Assembly: GCF_003018115.1 (NCBI RefSeq)
Contig: NZ_CP027457.1
Reading direction: 5' to 3' (one strand)
Length of the DNA: 64,000 nucleotides
Source of the DNA: Escherichia coli
GTDB taxonomy: Bacteria; Pseudomonadota; Gammaproteobacteria; Enterobacterales; Enterobacteriaceae
Shown here piece after piece: positions 31,761-42,839 of this stretch; positions within the stretch are counted from its first letter, which is position 1; every line of letters begins with the position of its first letter. The position numbers and the translations under genes were made by a program. The notes below the pieces were generated by a model that had not been told where the DNA came from, did not search any database, and was given only the letters and a program-made list of their open reading frames with translations.

Positions 31761-33011
31761 ATGTCAACTCCACTTCAAGGAATTAAAGTTCTCGATTTCA
31801 CCGGTGTGCAATCTGGCCCATCTTGTACTCAAATGCTGGCCTGGTTTGGCGCTGACGTTATTAAAATTGAACGTCCCGGCGTTGGTGACGTAACGCGTCA
31901 CCAGCTGCGAGATATTCCTGATATCGATGCGCTTTACTTCACCATGCTTAACAGTAACAAACGTTCTATTGAGTTAAATACCAAAACAGCGGAAGGCAAA
32001 GAGGTAATGGAAAAGCTGATCCGCGAAGCTGATATCTTAGTCGAGAACTTTCATCCAGGGGCCATTGATCACATGGGCTTCACCTGGGAGCATATTCAAG
32101 AAATCAATCCACGTCTGATTTTTGGTTCGATCAAAGGGTTTGATGAGTGTTCGCCTTATGTGAATGTAAAAGCCTATGAAAACGTTGCTCAGGCAGCGGG
32201 TGGCGCGGCATCCACTACGGGTTTTTGGGATGGTCCGCCGCTGGTAAGCGCTGCAGCGTTGGGTGACAGCAACACCGGAATGCATTTGCTGATCGGTTTA
32301 CTTGCTGCTTTGCTGCATCGCGAAAAAACGGGGCGTGGGCAACGAGTCACCATGTCAATGCAGGATGCCGTATTGAACCTTTGCCGCGTGAAATTACGTG
32401 ACCAGCAGCGTCTCGATAAATTGGGTTATCTGGAAGAATACCCGCAGTATCCGAATGGTACATTTGGTGATGCAGTTCCCCGCGGTGGTAATGCAGGTGG
32501 TGGCGGTCAGCCTGGCTGGATCCTGAAATGTAAAGGCTGGGAAACCGATCCTAACGCCTATATTTATTTCACTATTCAGGAGCAAAACTGGGAAAACACC
32601 TGTAAAGCCATCGGCAAACCAGAATGGATTACCGATCCGGCATACAGTACAGCCCATGCACGACAGCCACATATTTTCGATATTTTTGCTGAAATCGAAA
32701 AATACACTGTCACTATTGATAAACATGAAGCGGTGGCCTATTTGACTCAGTTTGATATTCCTTGTGCACCGGTTTTAAGTATGAAAGAAATTTCACTTGA
32801 TCCCTCTTTGCGCCAAAGTGGCAGTGTTGTTGAAGTGGAACAACCGTTGCGTGGAAAATATCTGACCGTTGGTTGTCCAATGAAATTCTCTGCCTTTACG
32901 CCGGATATTAAAGCTGCGCCGCTATTAGGTGAACATACCGCTGCTGTATTGCAGGAGCTGGGTTATAGCGACGATGAAATTGCTGCAATGAAGCAAAACC
33001 ACGCCATCTGA
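31761..33011 (+). CDS. frc: formyl-CoA:oxalate CoA-transferase
   Basis: 416 aa, family III CoA-transferase. Confidence 0.95.
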
Positions 33012-33064
33012 TATTAACGGGGGCTTCTGGCTCCCAATTTATAAAAATTTCGAGGTTATTAATC

Positions 33065-34759
33065 ATGTCAGATCAACTTCAAATGACAGATGGTATGCAT
33101 ATCATCGTTGAAGCATTAAAACAGAATAATATTGACACTATTTATGGTGTTGTAGGTATTCCTGTGACGGATATGGCACGCCATGCCCAGGCGGAAGGCA
33201 TTCGTTATATTGGTTTTCGTCATGAGCAGTCGGCAGGCTATGCCGCTGCGGCAAGCGGTTTTCTTACCCAAAAACCGGGGATCTGCCTGACAGTTTCTGC
33301 GCCAGGATTCCTCAATGGTTTGACCGCATTGGCCAACGCAACGGTAAATGGTTTTCCGATGATCATGATTAGCGGCTCCAGCGACCGCGCGATCGTCGAC
33401 CTACAGCAAGGTGATTATGAAGAGCTGGACCAAATGAATGCGGCAAAACCGTATGCCAAAGCAGCATTTCGCGTTAATCAGCCGCAGGATCTTGGCATTG
33501 CATTGGCACGCGCTATCCGGGTCTCCGTATCGGGTCGCCCTGGCGGAGTTTATCTTGATTTGCCAGCAAATGTCCTGGCCGCGACGATGGAAAAAGACGA
33601 AGCGTTAACCACGATTGTAAAAGTTGAAAATCCGTCGCCAGCATTATTGCCATGCCCGAAGTCAGTCGCTAGCGCAATTTCGCTTTTAGCAAAAGCTGAA
33701 CGACCATTAGTTATCCTTGGCAAAGGCGCGGCGTATTCACAAGCTGACGAACAGCTTCGTGAATTTATTGAAAGTGCCCAGATTCCATTCCTGCCAATGT
33801 CTATGGCGAAAGGGATCCTCGAAGATACGCATCCACTTTCTGCAGCAGCTGCGCGTTCGTTTGCCCTGGCAAATGCTGACGTTGTCATGCTTGTTGGTGC
33901 ACGACTGAATTGGTTACTGGCACACGGTAAAAAAGGATGGGCGGCAGATACACAGTTTATTCAACTGGATATTGAACCGCAGGAAATTGACAGCAACCGC
34001 CCTATTGCTGTGCCAGTCGTTGGCGATATTGCATCCAGTATGCAAGGTATGCTGGCAGAGCTGAAACAAAACACATTTACGACTCCACTGGTATGGCGCG
34101 ATATTTTAAATATCCACAAGCAGCAAAATGCACAAAAAATGCATGAAAAATTAAGTACAGATACCCAACCATTAAATTACTTTAATGCATTAAGTGCTGT
34201 GCGCGATGTATTGCGTGAGAACCAGGATATTTATTTAGTTAATGAAGGTGCAAATACCCTGGATAATGCACGAAATATTATTGATATGTATAAACCACGT
34301 CGTCGTCTGGATTGTGGTACCTGGGGTGTCATGGGCATCGGTATGGGCTATGCCATCGGTGCTAGCGTGACCTCTGGTTCTCCGGTTGTCGCCATTGAAG
34401 GTGATAGTGCTTTTGGTTTCAGTGGGATGGAGATTGAAACGATTTGTCGATATAACCTGCCGGTGACGATCGTTATTTTTAATAATGGCGGCATCTACAG
34501 AGGAGACGGTGTTGATCTCAGTGGCGCTGGTGCACCATCACCAACGGATCTGTTGCACCATGCAAGGTATGACAAATTAATGGATGCGTTTCGTGGCGTT
34601 GGCTATAACGTCACCACGACAGATGAACTTCGTCATGCTTTAACCACCGGTATTCAGTCGCGCAAACCGACCATTATTAATGTGGTCATCGACCCTGCAG
34701 CAGGAACTGAAAGTGGCCATATTACCAAACTTAACCCAAAACAAGTCGCTGGTAATTAA
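33065..34759 (+). CDS. oxc: oxalyl-CoA decarboxylase (ThDP-dependent)
   Basis: 564 aa; ThDP-binding motif GDSAFGFSGMEIETICRYNLPVTIVIFNNGG. Confidence 0.95.
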   Translation: MSDQLQMTDGMHIIVEALKQNNIDTIYGVVGIPVTDMARHAQAEGIRYIGFRHEQSAGYAAAASGFLTQKPGICLTVSAPGFLNGLTALANATVNGFPMIMISGSSDRAIVDLQQGDYEELDQMNAAKPYAKAAFRVNQPQDLGIALARAIRVSVSGRPGGVYLDLPANVLAATMEKDEALTTIVKVENPSPALLPCPKSVASAISLLAKAERPLVILGKGAAYSQADEQLREFIESAQIPFLPMSMAKGILEDTHPLSAAAARSFALANADVVMLVGARLNWLLAHGKKGWAADTQFIQLDIEPQEIDSNRPIAVPVVGDIASSMQGMLAELKQNTFTTPLVWRDILNIHKQQNAQKMHEKLSTDTQPLNYFNALSAVRDVLRENQDIYLVNEGANTLDNARNIIDMYKPRRRLDCGTWGVMGIGMGYAIGASVTSGSPVVAIEGDSAFGFSGMEIETICRYNLPVTIVIFNNGGIYRGDGVDLSGAGAPSPTDLLHHARYDKLMDAFRGVGYNVTTTDELRHALTTGIQSRKPTIINVVIDPAAGTESGHITKLNPKQVAGN

Positions 34760-34828
34760 ATACTGACATCGTCTCCTCTTGCCAACTCATTATGCGATGG
34801 TGAGGGGACCCTTATCGGAAATACTATT

Positions 34829-35773
34829 ATGCTAACATTTTTTATTGGCGATTTATTGCCTATTATCGTAATCATGCTGTTGGGTTATTTTAGCGGCAGA
34901 CGAGAAACTTTTTCAGAAGATCAAGCCCGGGCATTTAATAAACTGGTATTAAACTACGCGCTTCCTGCAGCCCTATTTGTTTCTATTACCCGGGCAAACA
35001 GGGAAATGATTTTTGCGGACACTCGTCTGACCCTTGTATCACTCGTGGTTATTGTCGGATGTTTCTTTTTCTCCTGGTTCGGTTGCTACAAATTTTTTAA
35101 ACGTACTCATGCAGAAGCAGCTGTATGTGCATTAATTGCAGGTTCACCTACCATTGGATTCCTGGGGTTTGCAGTTCTCGATCCTATTTATGGTGATTCC
35201 GTATCAACAGGTTTAGTGGTAGCAATTATTTCTATTATTGTTAACGCAATTACTATTCCTATTGGTCTGTATTTGCTGAATCCTTCCTCAGGAGCGGATG
35301 GTAAGAAGAATAGTAATCTGAGCGCATTAATTTCTGCGGCAAAGGAGCCAGTTGTATGGGCACCTGTTCTGGCAACGATCCTGGTGTTGGTTGGGGTAAA
35401 AATTCCGGCAGCATGGGACCCAACCTTTAATCTGATTGCGAAGGCTAACTCAGGGGTAGCGGTATTCGCTGCGGGGTTGACTCTGGCTGCACATAAATTC
35501 GAGTTCAGTGCCGAAATTGCTTATAACACCTTCCTGAAGCTGATTCTGATGCCACTGGCACTGCTTCTCGTTGGTATGGCATGTCATTTGAACAGCGAAC
35601 ATCTGCAGATGATGGTACTGGCAGGCGCATTACCGCCGGCATTCTCCGGAATCATTATTGCCAGCCGGTTTAATGTCTACACCCGTACTGGTACAGCGTC
35701 ATTGGCTGTGAGCGTACTGGGTTTTGTCGTCACGGCTCCCTTGTGGATTTATGTCAGTCGACTGGTTTCATAA
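34829..35773 (+). CDS. yfdV: AEC-family putative transporter
   Basis: 314 aa polytopic membrane protein inside the frc-oxc operon. Confidence 0.9.
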
Positions 35774-35846
35774 TTAATCATGTTATTGATTTTACATAAA
35801 TGCCGAAGTGTCTTTTCACCTTCGGCTTTTTTCAAGGCATAAGCAA

Positions 35847-36992
35847 ATGACAAATAATGAAAGCAAAGGGCCGTTTGAAGGCTTATTAGTTATCGATATG
35901 ACACATGTCCTTAATGGACCTTTCGGAACTCAACTTCTTTGTAATATGGGCGCACGGGTAATTAAAGTTGAGCCGCCGGGCCATGGTGATGATACCCGCA
36001 CATTTGGTCCCTATGTGGATGGACAGTCACTCTATTACAGTTTTATTAATCATGGCAAAGAGAGTGTGGTTCTTGATTTAAAGAATGATCACGATAAAAG
36101 TATATTTATAAATATGCTTAAACAAGCTGATGTATTAGCTGAGAATTTTCGCCCAGGTACAATGGAAAAACTAGGGTTTTCATGGGAAAGGTTACAAGAA
36201 ATCAACCCGCGCCTCATATATGCTTCATCGTCAGGTTTCGGACATACCGGTCCGCTAAAAGATGCTCCTGCCTACGATACCATCATTCAGGCAATGAGCG
36301 GGATAATGATGGAAACAGGGTACCCTGATGCTCCGCCAGTGCGTGTTGGTACCTCTCTTGCGGATCTATGCGGCGGTGTTTATTTATTCAGCGGAATAGT
36401 GAGTGCACTTTATGGCCGCGAAAAGAGCCAAAGAGGGGCGCATGTCGATATAGCGATGTTTGATGCCACGCTGAGTTTTCTGGAGCATGGTCTGATGGCA
36501 TATATTGCGACAGGGAAGTCACCACAACGCCTGGGAAATCGCCATCCCTACATGGCACCTTTTGATGTTTTCGATACTCAGGATAAGCCGATTACGATTT
36601 GTTGTGGTAATGACAAGCTTTTTTCTGCGTTATGCCAGGCACTGGAGCTTACGGAACTGGTTAATGATCCCAGATTTAGCAGCAATATTTTACGCGTACA
36701 AAACCAGGCTATTCTTAAACAATATATTGAGCGGACGTTAAAAACGCAGGCAGCTGAAGTTTGGTTAGCCAAAATACATGAAGTCGGTGTGCCCGTAGCG
36801 CCGTTATTAAGTGTGGCTGAGGCCATTAATTTGCCACAAACTCAGGCGAGAAATATGTTGATTGAAGCCGGAGGAATAATGATGCCGGGTAATCCGATAA
36901 AAATCAGCGGCTGCGCGGACCCGCATGTTATGCCGGGAGCGGCAACGCTCGACCAGCATGGGGAACAAATTCGCCAGGAGTTCTCATCATAA
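35847..36992 (+). CDS. yfdE: acetyl-CoA:oxalate CoA-transferase (family III)
   Basis: 381 aa from MTNNESKGPFEGLLVIDMTH, paralogous to Frc; ORF-track start at 35808 is an upstream extension. Confidence 0.9.
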   Translation: MTNNESKGPFEGLLVIDMTHVLNGPFGTQLLCNMGARVIKVEPPGHGDDTRTFGPYVDGQSLYYSFINHGKESVVLDLKNDHDKSIFINMLKQADVLAENFRPGTMEKLGFSWERLQEINPRLIYASSSGFGHTGPLKDAPAYDTIIQAMSGIMMETGYPDAPPVRVGTSLADLCGGVYLFSGIVSALYGREKSQRGAHVDIAMFDATLSFLEHGLMAYIATGKSPQRLGNRHPYMAPFDVFDTQDKPITICCGNDKLFSALCQALELTELVNDPRFSSNILRVQNQAILKQYIERTLKTQAAEVWLAKIHEVGVPVAPLLSVAEAINLPQTQARNMLIEAGGIMMPGNPIKISGCADPHVMPGAATLDQHGEQIRQEFSS

Positions 36993-37014
36993 ATGTAAGA
37001 TGTGCTGGTAAATA

Positions 37015-37041
37015 GCTCCCACATTTGAACATTGTGGGAGC
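37015..37041. terminator. hairpin between convergent yfdE and evgS
   Basis: gctcccacatttgaacattgtgggagc, 9-bp stem. Confidence 0.5.
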
Positions 37042-37047
37042 CACTAT

Positions 37048-40000
37048 TTAGTTATTTTGTTGACAGAAAACAGCAATCTCCTGGTCCAGCTCTGCAATGT
37101 GTTCTTTTACAGAGTTCAGCAACTGAAGAATTTCAGGCTTACTGTCATCTGAAACAGGTGTTATTTCTAACTGATGGCTAATATTAATCAACTTTTGCAA
37201 ATTCAGGATGTTAGCCGCACCGTGGATGCGATGAATACACTGATGGAAAGTTCTATTATCGCCAGCTTCTAGTGCATGAAACGCAGCGGATAAATCTTTA
37301 TGTGTTTCATGCTGGAAAGTCATGAGAATCTCCTGCATCAGTTGTAGATCGTTCGCCGTATTATTTTTCAGGGCCTCGATATCAAGGTGGCGATACTGAG
37401 GTACAATATGCGCAACCTGGTGTAACTGACTTAAATGTGTTTTCAGTACATCCAGGGTCAACGGTTTGAACAAACATAAGTTCATGCCGCAATTTAACCC
37501 TTTTTCACGTTCGTTAGCCTGTGCGTTGGCTGTAAGCCCCCAGATGGGTAAGGACGAATTTTGCTCACGGAGTTTGCGAGTCAACTCAAAACCATCCATA
37601 TTCGGCATATTAACGTCAGTAATAAGCAGATCATAATGTTGCATACTGACTTTGTGTAGCGCTTGCACACCATCAGTGGCTTCGTCAACATCATATCCTA
37701 ATAGATTTAGCTGGCGTTTGAGTAATAGCCTGTTGGTCGGATGATCATCCGCGATTAATATGCTCAACTTTTCAGGTAGTGTGATAGGTTGTTCTGCTTT
37801 TGCCTCGACAGCCGCCACTTGTTGGGTAATTTCTACCGGGATTGTGATCGTAAATGTTGTTCCTATGCCTGGATGACTTTCTAATGACAAATCACCCTGC
37901 ATGTTTTTAATTAATTCTTTGCAGATCATTAAGCCTAAACCAGAACCTGTTTGCTGACGACCTGCACTTGTTTGGCTATAACGTTTAAACAGTTGTTGTT
38001 GTTCTTCCTGTGATAATCCACTTCCAGAATCCATAATCGTCATTTTGATTACAGCGTGGTTGTCATCAATGTGACCCAGGGAGGTCGTAATTTTTACTGC
38101 CCCCTCGGTGGTAAATTTGAGAGCATTACTCAGTAAATTTGATAAGACCTGCTTAAACGCCTGAGGGTCGATCTTAACTAGGTAATGTTCAGGAAACGTA
38201 CTGCTGCAACTTAATGCGATCGATTTGCTTGCAGCAATCGCACCGAAAGAGTGACAAGTGTTCTGGACTAAAGTAGGAATATCGACCCATTGTGGTTGAA
38301 GTTGATAGTTACCCGATTCAATTTTGTCGACATCAAGGATTTCACCAATTAAGCCGAGGAGTGATTGTCCGGTGGCGTAGGCAAGTGAAATCGCCTCCAC
38401 CCGTTGTTCCTTGCTAAGACCAGAACCCGACAGAAGTTCCAGGAAGCCCATAATAGAGCTTATTGGTGTTCTTATTTCGTGACTCATCGTTGCCAGAAAC
38501 TGACTTTTTGCTACGGTAGCCTTTATCGCTTTATTTTTTTCTACCTCGAGTGCATTAATTAGATCACGCGTTTCAGTAATATCTTGCCAACCACAAATAT
38601 ATACTGCATTGTCACTTGCAGGAAGATTGCATAATGTATGCCAGTGATTAATGCATCTTTTCTCGATGCCATTATCAATTTCAAATACCTGTGTGTATAT
38701 TGTTCGGTTTTCTTTCGTCTCTGCTGTGACTTCATGCGTATTAGAAAAAACATCTTTAAAGGGTGATTCACTGTTTTCTAATGGCAACATTGCATTTTTG
38801 TAGTAATCAGCAGTGAAATAATGTTCAAATGCACTATTGTGACTAATGACATTACCTTGCCAGTTTACAACATAAGTTGGATTCGGTAAGGAGTCCGAGA
38901 GCGCTTTCCGGAATGATATTTGGTTTTCTAAATCACCCTGAATGACTTTACGACGACGAACTGAGCGTAACAGGTAGAATCCCCATAAAAGGCTACTGCC
39001 AACTAATAAAACGGATAATGTCGTAACAATATAAAATTGCTCGCTATAGAGGTCCCATGTGTCAATGGTCACATTGGGCATTTTAATCCATTTTTCCGTC
39101 AGGCGCAGAACTTCGCTTGGGGGGATTGCATTCAGTGCTTTATTAATAATATCCTTAAGTTCCGGTTCTCCGCGAGGAAAAGCGAACGAAAGCGATGCAT
39201 TCGGAACGCCGGGAATAAGAAAATGATAAAGTTCATTAGGATAGTAATGGTCGATCATGTAACGCGAATTTAGCTGTGTCGCGACCAGAGCATCAAGTTC
39301 ACCTTCCTTGACCTTGTGAAATGCAGCGCTGGCGTTATCGACTTTTATCCACTCTACCTCCGGATACATCTCTTTTAATTGCGAATGCAGCTCATAATAA
39401 TATGGAATGGCAACTTTCATTCCTTTTTTTAATGTTTGTTCACTGTCAGGCGCTTTTTGCATGACAAAAACGTAAGGCGTTGTTATGAAGGCTTCAGCAA
39501 ATAAAACATTATTTTCTCTATCTTCACTATAAATAGCACCGGGTAATATATCCCATCCGCCGGGATTCAGCTGTGTTCCGGCATGGATATTGTGTGAAAC
39601 GGTGATCGGAGAAAAATTTAAACCTGTTTGCAAGGTAATAATATTAAGAATGTCCCCCATAACGCCCCGAACCGAGCCATTTTCATCCGTCATAGAATAG
39701 GGGGGCGAGTAAGGATTTTCCAGCACCTTTAAATCGGGATGCTGCTTAATCCACTGTTTTTCATGTTCAGTGAGTTCTAATGGCTTGTTCAGAAAGGCTA
39801 GGTTTCCTGTATCAAGCCAATTTTGTGATACTTCATAGCGAACTTCATTTGTTAAAGCATCAACAAATCGATTGAGTACTTCATTAAGAATGACAGATTC
39901 TTTTCTGGTTAAGAAGAAGTTATATTGACGCGGTGAGTTATAATATTTCACTACATTTAAGGAGTGAGTGAAATAGCGGGAAATCATACTGCTGGTAATG

Positions 40001-40641
40001 ATGTTACTACCAATAAAGTAATCATTCTGTCCGGCTGAGACGGATGCTAATGCCTGATATAAATTTGTAAAAGAGATAATTGTTGCTTTTGGAAATGATT
40101 GATGAATTATCTCGTCAGGGGGATAATTTGCTACTCGAGCAATATTTACTGGTTTTGATGAGGTAAGCGGTCGCATTGAATCGTGAAGGGTGGTGACCAG
40201 CGCCGGAAAGGTAATTATCAGTGGTTTGGTTGCAGCAATGTCATCATTAAGAGGCGGCGAAGCAACTAAATGTGATAACACTATATCGACTTCACCTTCT
40301 TCCAGCGCGTCCATTGCTTTTTGATGATCGGCGTATTCCCGGAGTGTTAATTTGATATTTAACGCTCTTTTTAAAAGATTTAAATAATCAGCATTAATAC
40401 CACGAACCCGTTGCTGCGAATCGGTATGCAACAACGTAGCCGTTTGGGACTTATGTACTGCAATCACAAGATTTTTTTTGCTCGCTAACCAACGTAATTC
40501 CTTGTTGCTCAGACGTAGTGGATCAAGTGTGACACGGTTGTTACTACTGATGCCACGATATTCGATGTAATCTTCGTCTGCGAAACTTATGGTCGACCAA
40601 AGACCACAACAGAGAAGAAAAATATAGGGTAAAAACTTCAT
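37048..40641 (-). CDS. evgS: hybrid sensor histidine kinase (periplasmic sensor, HisKA, HATPase, receiver, HPt)
   Basis: 1197 aa, BvgS-like architecture. Confidence 0.95.
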   Translation of the reverse strand: MKFLPYIFLLCCGLWSTISFADEDYIEYRGISSNNRVTLDPLRLSNKELRWLASKKNLVIAVHKSQTATLLHTDSQQRVRGINADYLNLLKRALNIKLTLREYADHQKAMDALEEGEVDIVLSHLVASPPLNDDIAATKPLIITFPALVTTLHDSMRPLTSSKPVNIARVANYPPDEIIHQSFPKATIISFTNLYQALASVSAGQNDYFIGSNIITSSMISRYFTHSLNVVKYYNSPRQYNFFLTRKESVILNEVLNRFVDALTNEVRYEVSQNWLDTGNLAFLNKPLELTEHEKQWIKQHPDLKVLENPYSPPYSMTDENGSVRGVMGDILNIITLQTGLNFSPITVSHNIHAGTQLNPGGWDILPGAIYSEDRENNVLFAEAFITTPYVFVMQKAPDSEQTLKKGMKVAIPYYYELHSQLKEMYPEVEWIKVDNASAAFHKVKEGELDALVATQLNSRYMIDHYYPNELYHFLIPGVPNASLSFAFPRGEPELKDIINKALNAIPPSEVLRLTEKWIKMPNVTIDTWDLYSEQFYIVTTLSVLLVGSSLLWGFYLLRSVRRRKVIQGDLENQISFRKALSDSLPNPTYVVNWQGNVISHNSAFEHYFTADYYKNAMLPLENSESPFKDVFSNTHEVTAETKENRTIYTQVFEIDNGIEKRCINHWHTLCNLPASDNAVYICGWQDITETRDLINALEVEKNKAIKATVAKSQFLATMSHEIRTPISSIMGFLELLSGSGLSKEQRVEAISLAYATGQSLLGLIGEILDVDKIESGNYQLQPQWVDIPTLVQNTCHSFGAIAASKSIALSCSSTFPEHYLVKIDPQAFKQVLSNLLSNALKFTTEGAVKITTSLGHIDDNHAVIKMTIMDSGSGLSQEEQQQLFKRYSQTSAGRQQTGSGLGLMICKELIKNMQGDLSLESHPGIGTTFTITIPVEITQQVAAVEAKAEQPITLPEKLSILIADDHPTNRLLLKRQLNLLGYDVDEATDGVQALHKVSMQHYDLLITDVNMPNMDGFELTRKLREQNSSLPIWGLTANAQANEREKGLNCGMNLCLFKPLTLDVLKTHLSQLHQVAHIVPQYRHLDIEALKNNTANDLQLMQEILMTFQHETHKDLSAAFHALEAGDNRTFHQCIHRIHGAANILNLQKLINISHQLEITPVSDDSKPEILQLLNSVKEHIAELDQEIAVFCQQNN

Positions 40642-40645
40642 GTGG

Positions 40646-41260
40646 TTAGCCGATTTTGTTACGTTGTGCGAATGTGTAAAGATCCATCAGTGATTTACAT
40701 TCTAATTTTTCCATCAGGCGACTTTTATAAGTGCTGACAGTTTTGTTGCTGATGAACATTTTTTCAGCAATGTCATTATTATCCTTGCCATCAAGAATAT
40801 AGCGCATGACACTAATTTCTTGTTTCGATAAGGAGTCGAGTTTTTGCTGGTCGGACGTTAAACTTCCAACAAACCGGTTGAGAGAGAAGGGGAAATAGCA
40901 GTAGCCATTTTTTGCAGCTTCAATAGCCGCAATGATATTGTTCATGCCTTCTTTTTTACTCACGAAACCATTAGCGCCAGCATCAGCACAATGTTTCCCG
41001 TAAAAATGGTCATTTTTAGCGGAAACGATAATAATAATTCCGCTATATTGACGCTTTCTCAGCGTTTCTAACACCTGGATACCGTTAACTCCGGGGATAT
41101 CGACATCAATGATGACGATATCAGGCTTAAGTGTTTCCACCCGCTGAACGGCACTTCCGCCTTCAGTCAACTCTGCTAAGATTTCAATATCGTTTTTGAT
41201 CAATAAATTACGAATTGCTGCGATAGCAAGAGGATGGTCATCAATAATTATTGCGTTCAT
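40646..41260 (-). CDS. evgA: NarL/FixJ-family response regulator
   Basis: 204 aa; receiver domain plus LuxR-type HTH. Confidence 0.95.
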   Translation of the reverse strand: MNAIIIDDHPLAIAAIRNLLIKNDIEILAELTEGGSAVQRVETLKPDIVIIDVDIPGVNGIQVLETLRKRQYSGIIIIVSAKNDHFYGKHCADAGANGFVSKKEGMNNIIAAIEAAKNGYCYFPFSLNRFVGSLTSDQQKLDSLSKQEISVMRYILDGKDNNDIAEKMFISNKTVSTYKSRLMEKLECKSLMDLYTFAQRNKIG

Positions 41261-41484
41261 AGATTATTCCCTTTGCAATGAAGCATCTCCCTTCTCCCTG
41301 TAGTAATACAGACATAAGGCATCATCTCATTTTCTCAATAAAAATAAGAAAATTTGAGCTTCCTTTAAGATAATTCGACAAGTATACCATATAAATAGTC
41401 GGCATATATGAAATGTCAACAATAAAATCAGGGATTGTACCGATGATTTATAGTTTCACATTAGCACTATAAGTCTTCTCACTA

Positions 41485-41502
41485 ATCCTACAGGCGTAAG
41501 AA
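41485..41502. promoter_or_regulatory. EvgA box in the evgA-emrK divergent control region
   Basis: atcctacaggcgtaagaa is a near match to the EvgA inverted-repeat consensus. Confidence 0.45.
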
Positions 41503-41675
41503 TTGTATTGCAAAAGCCACGGTTTAGTCCTCTGTTGTTTTTTTTGCACCTCATTTAAATTAGGCCTCCAACGTTCCTGGGATAATGTGCAACACATGCA
41601 CTGTGTTTGATATGAAGAATGAATACTCTTTTCATTCAATTCATAAATTTCATCTATGCGAAATGAGAGATAATA

Positions 41676-42839
41676 GTGGAACAGATTAATTCAAATAAAA
41701 AACATTCTAACAGAAGAAAATACTTTTCTTTATTGGCGATAGTTTTATTTATTGCGTTTTCAGGTGCTTATGCCTATTGGTCAATGGAATTAGAAGACAT
41801 GATTAGTACAGATGACGCCTATGTCACGGGGAATGCAGATCTAATTTCTGCACAAGTCTCAGGTAGTGTCACTGTAGTTAATCATAAAGATACGAACTAC
41901 GTTCGACAGGGTGACATTTTAGTTTCACTGGATAAAACTGATGCCACTATCGCACTCAATAAAGCTAAAAATAATCTGGCAAATATTGTTCGGCAAACGA
42001 ATAAACTGTACTTACAGGATAAACAATACAGTGCCGAAGTCGCTTCAGCACGTATTCAGTATCAACAATCTTTAGAAGATTATAACCGTCGTGTGCCTTT
42101 AGCGAAGCAGGGGGTTATTTCAAAAGAAACGCTGGAGCATACCAAAGATACGTTAATAAGTAGCAAAGCGGCATTGAATGCCGCTATCCAGGCTTATAAA
42201 GCGAATAAAGCTTTAGTAATGAACACACCATTAAACCGTCAGCCACAAGTCGTTGAAGCGGCGGATGCAACTAAAGAAGCCTGGTTGGCGCTTAAACGTA
42301 CGGATATTAAGAGTCCGGTTACCGGCTATATTGCCCAGAGAAGTGTTCAGGTCGGCGAAACAGTGAGCCCCGGACAATCGTTAATGGCTGTCGTACCGGC
42401 ACGTCAAATGTGGGTTAATGCCAACTTTAAAGAAACACAACTCACAGATGTACGGATTGGTCAATCGGTCAATATTATCAGCGATCTTTATGGTGAGAAT
42501 GTTGTGTTTCATGGCCGGGTGACAGGGATCAATATGGGAACCGGCAATGCGTTCTCCTTATTACCTGCACAAAATGCGACAGGGAACTGGATCAAAATCG
42601 TTCAGCGTGTACCGGTTGAAGTTTCTCTTGATCCAAAAGAACTCATGGAACACCCCTTGCGCATTGGTTTATCGATGACTGCAACTATTGATACGAAGAA
42701 CGAAGACATTGCTGAGATGCCTGAGCTGGCTTCAACCGTGACGTCCATGCCGGCTTATACCAGTAAGGCTTTAGTTATCGATACCAGTCCGATAGAAAAA
42801 GAAATTAGCAACATTATTTCGCATAATGGACAACTTTAA
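41676..42839 (+). CDS. emrK: multidrug efflux membrane-fusion protein (EmrA-like)
   Basis: 387 aa, HlyD-family, single N-terminal TM. Confidence 0.92.
   Translation: MEQINSNKKHSNRRKYFSLLAIVLFIAFSGAYAYWSMELEDMISTDDAYVTGNADLISAQVSGSVTVVNHKDTNYVRQGDILVSLDKTDATIALNKAKNNLANIVRQTNKLYLQDKQYSAEVASARIQYQQSLEDYNRRVPLAKQGVISKETLEHTKDTLISSKAALNAAIQAYKANKALVMNTPLNRQPQVVEAADATKEAWLALKRTDIKSPVTGYIAQRSVQVGETVSPGQSLMAVVPARQMWVNANFKETQLTDVRIGQSVNIISDLYGENVVFHGRVTGINMGTGNAFSLLPAQNATGNWIKIVQRVPVEVSLDPKELMEHPLRIGLSMTATIDTKNEDIAEMPELASTVTSMPAYTSKALVIDTSPIEKEISNIISHNGQL

Noticed and set aside
41448-41639. 63-aa ORF in the evgA-emrK intergenic region
   Set aside because: No convincing ribosome-binding site; lies in a dense regulatory region; likely noise
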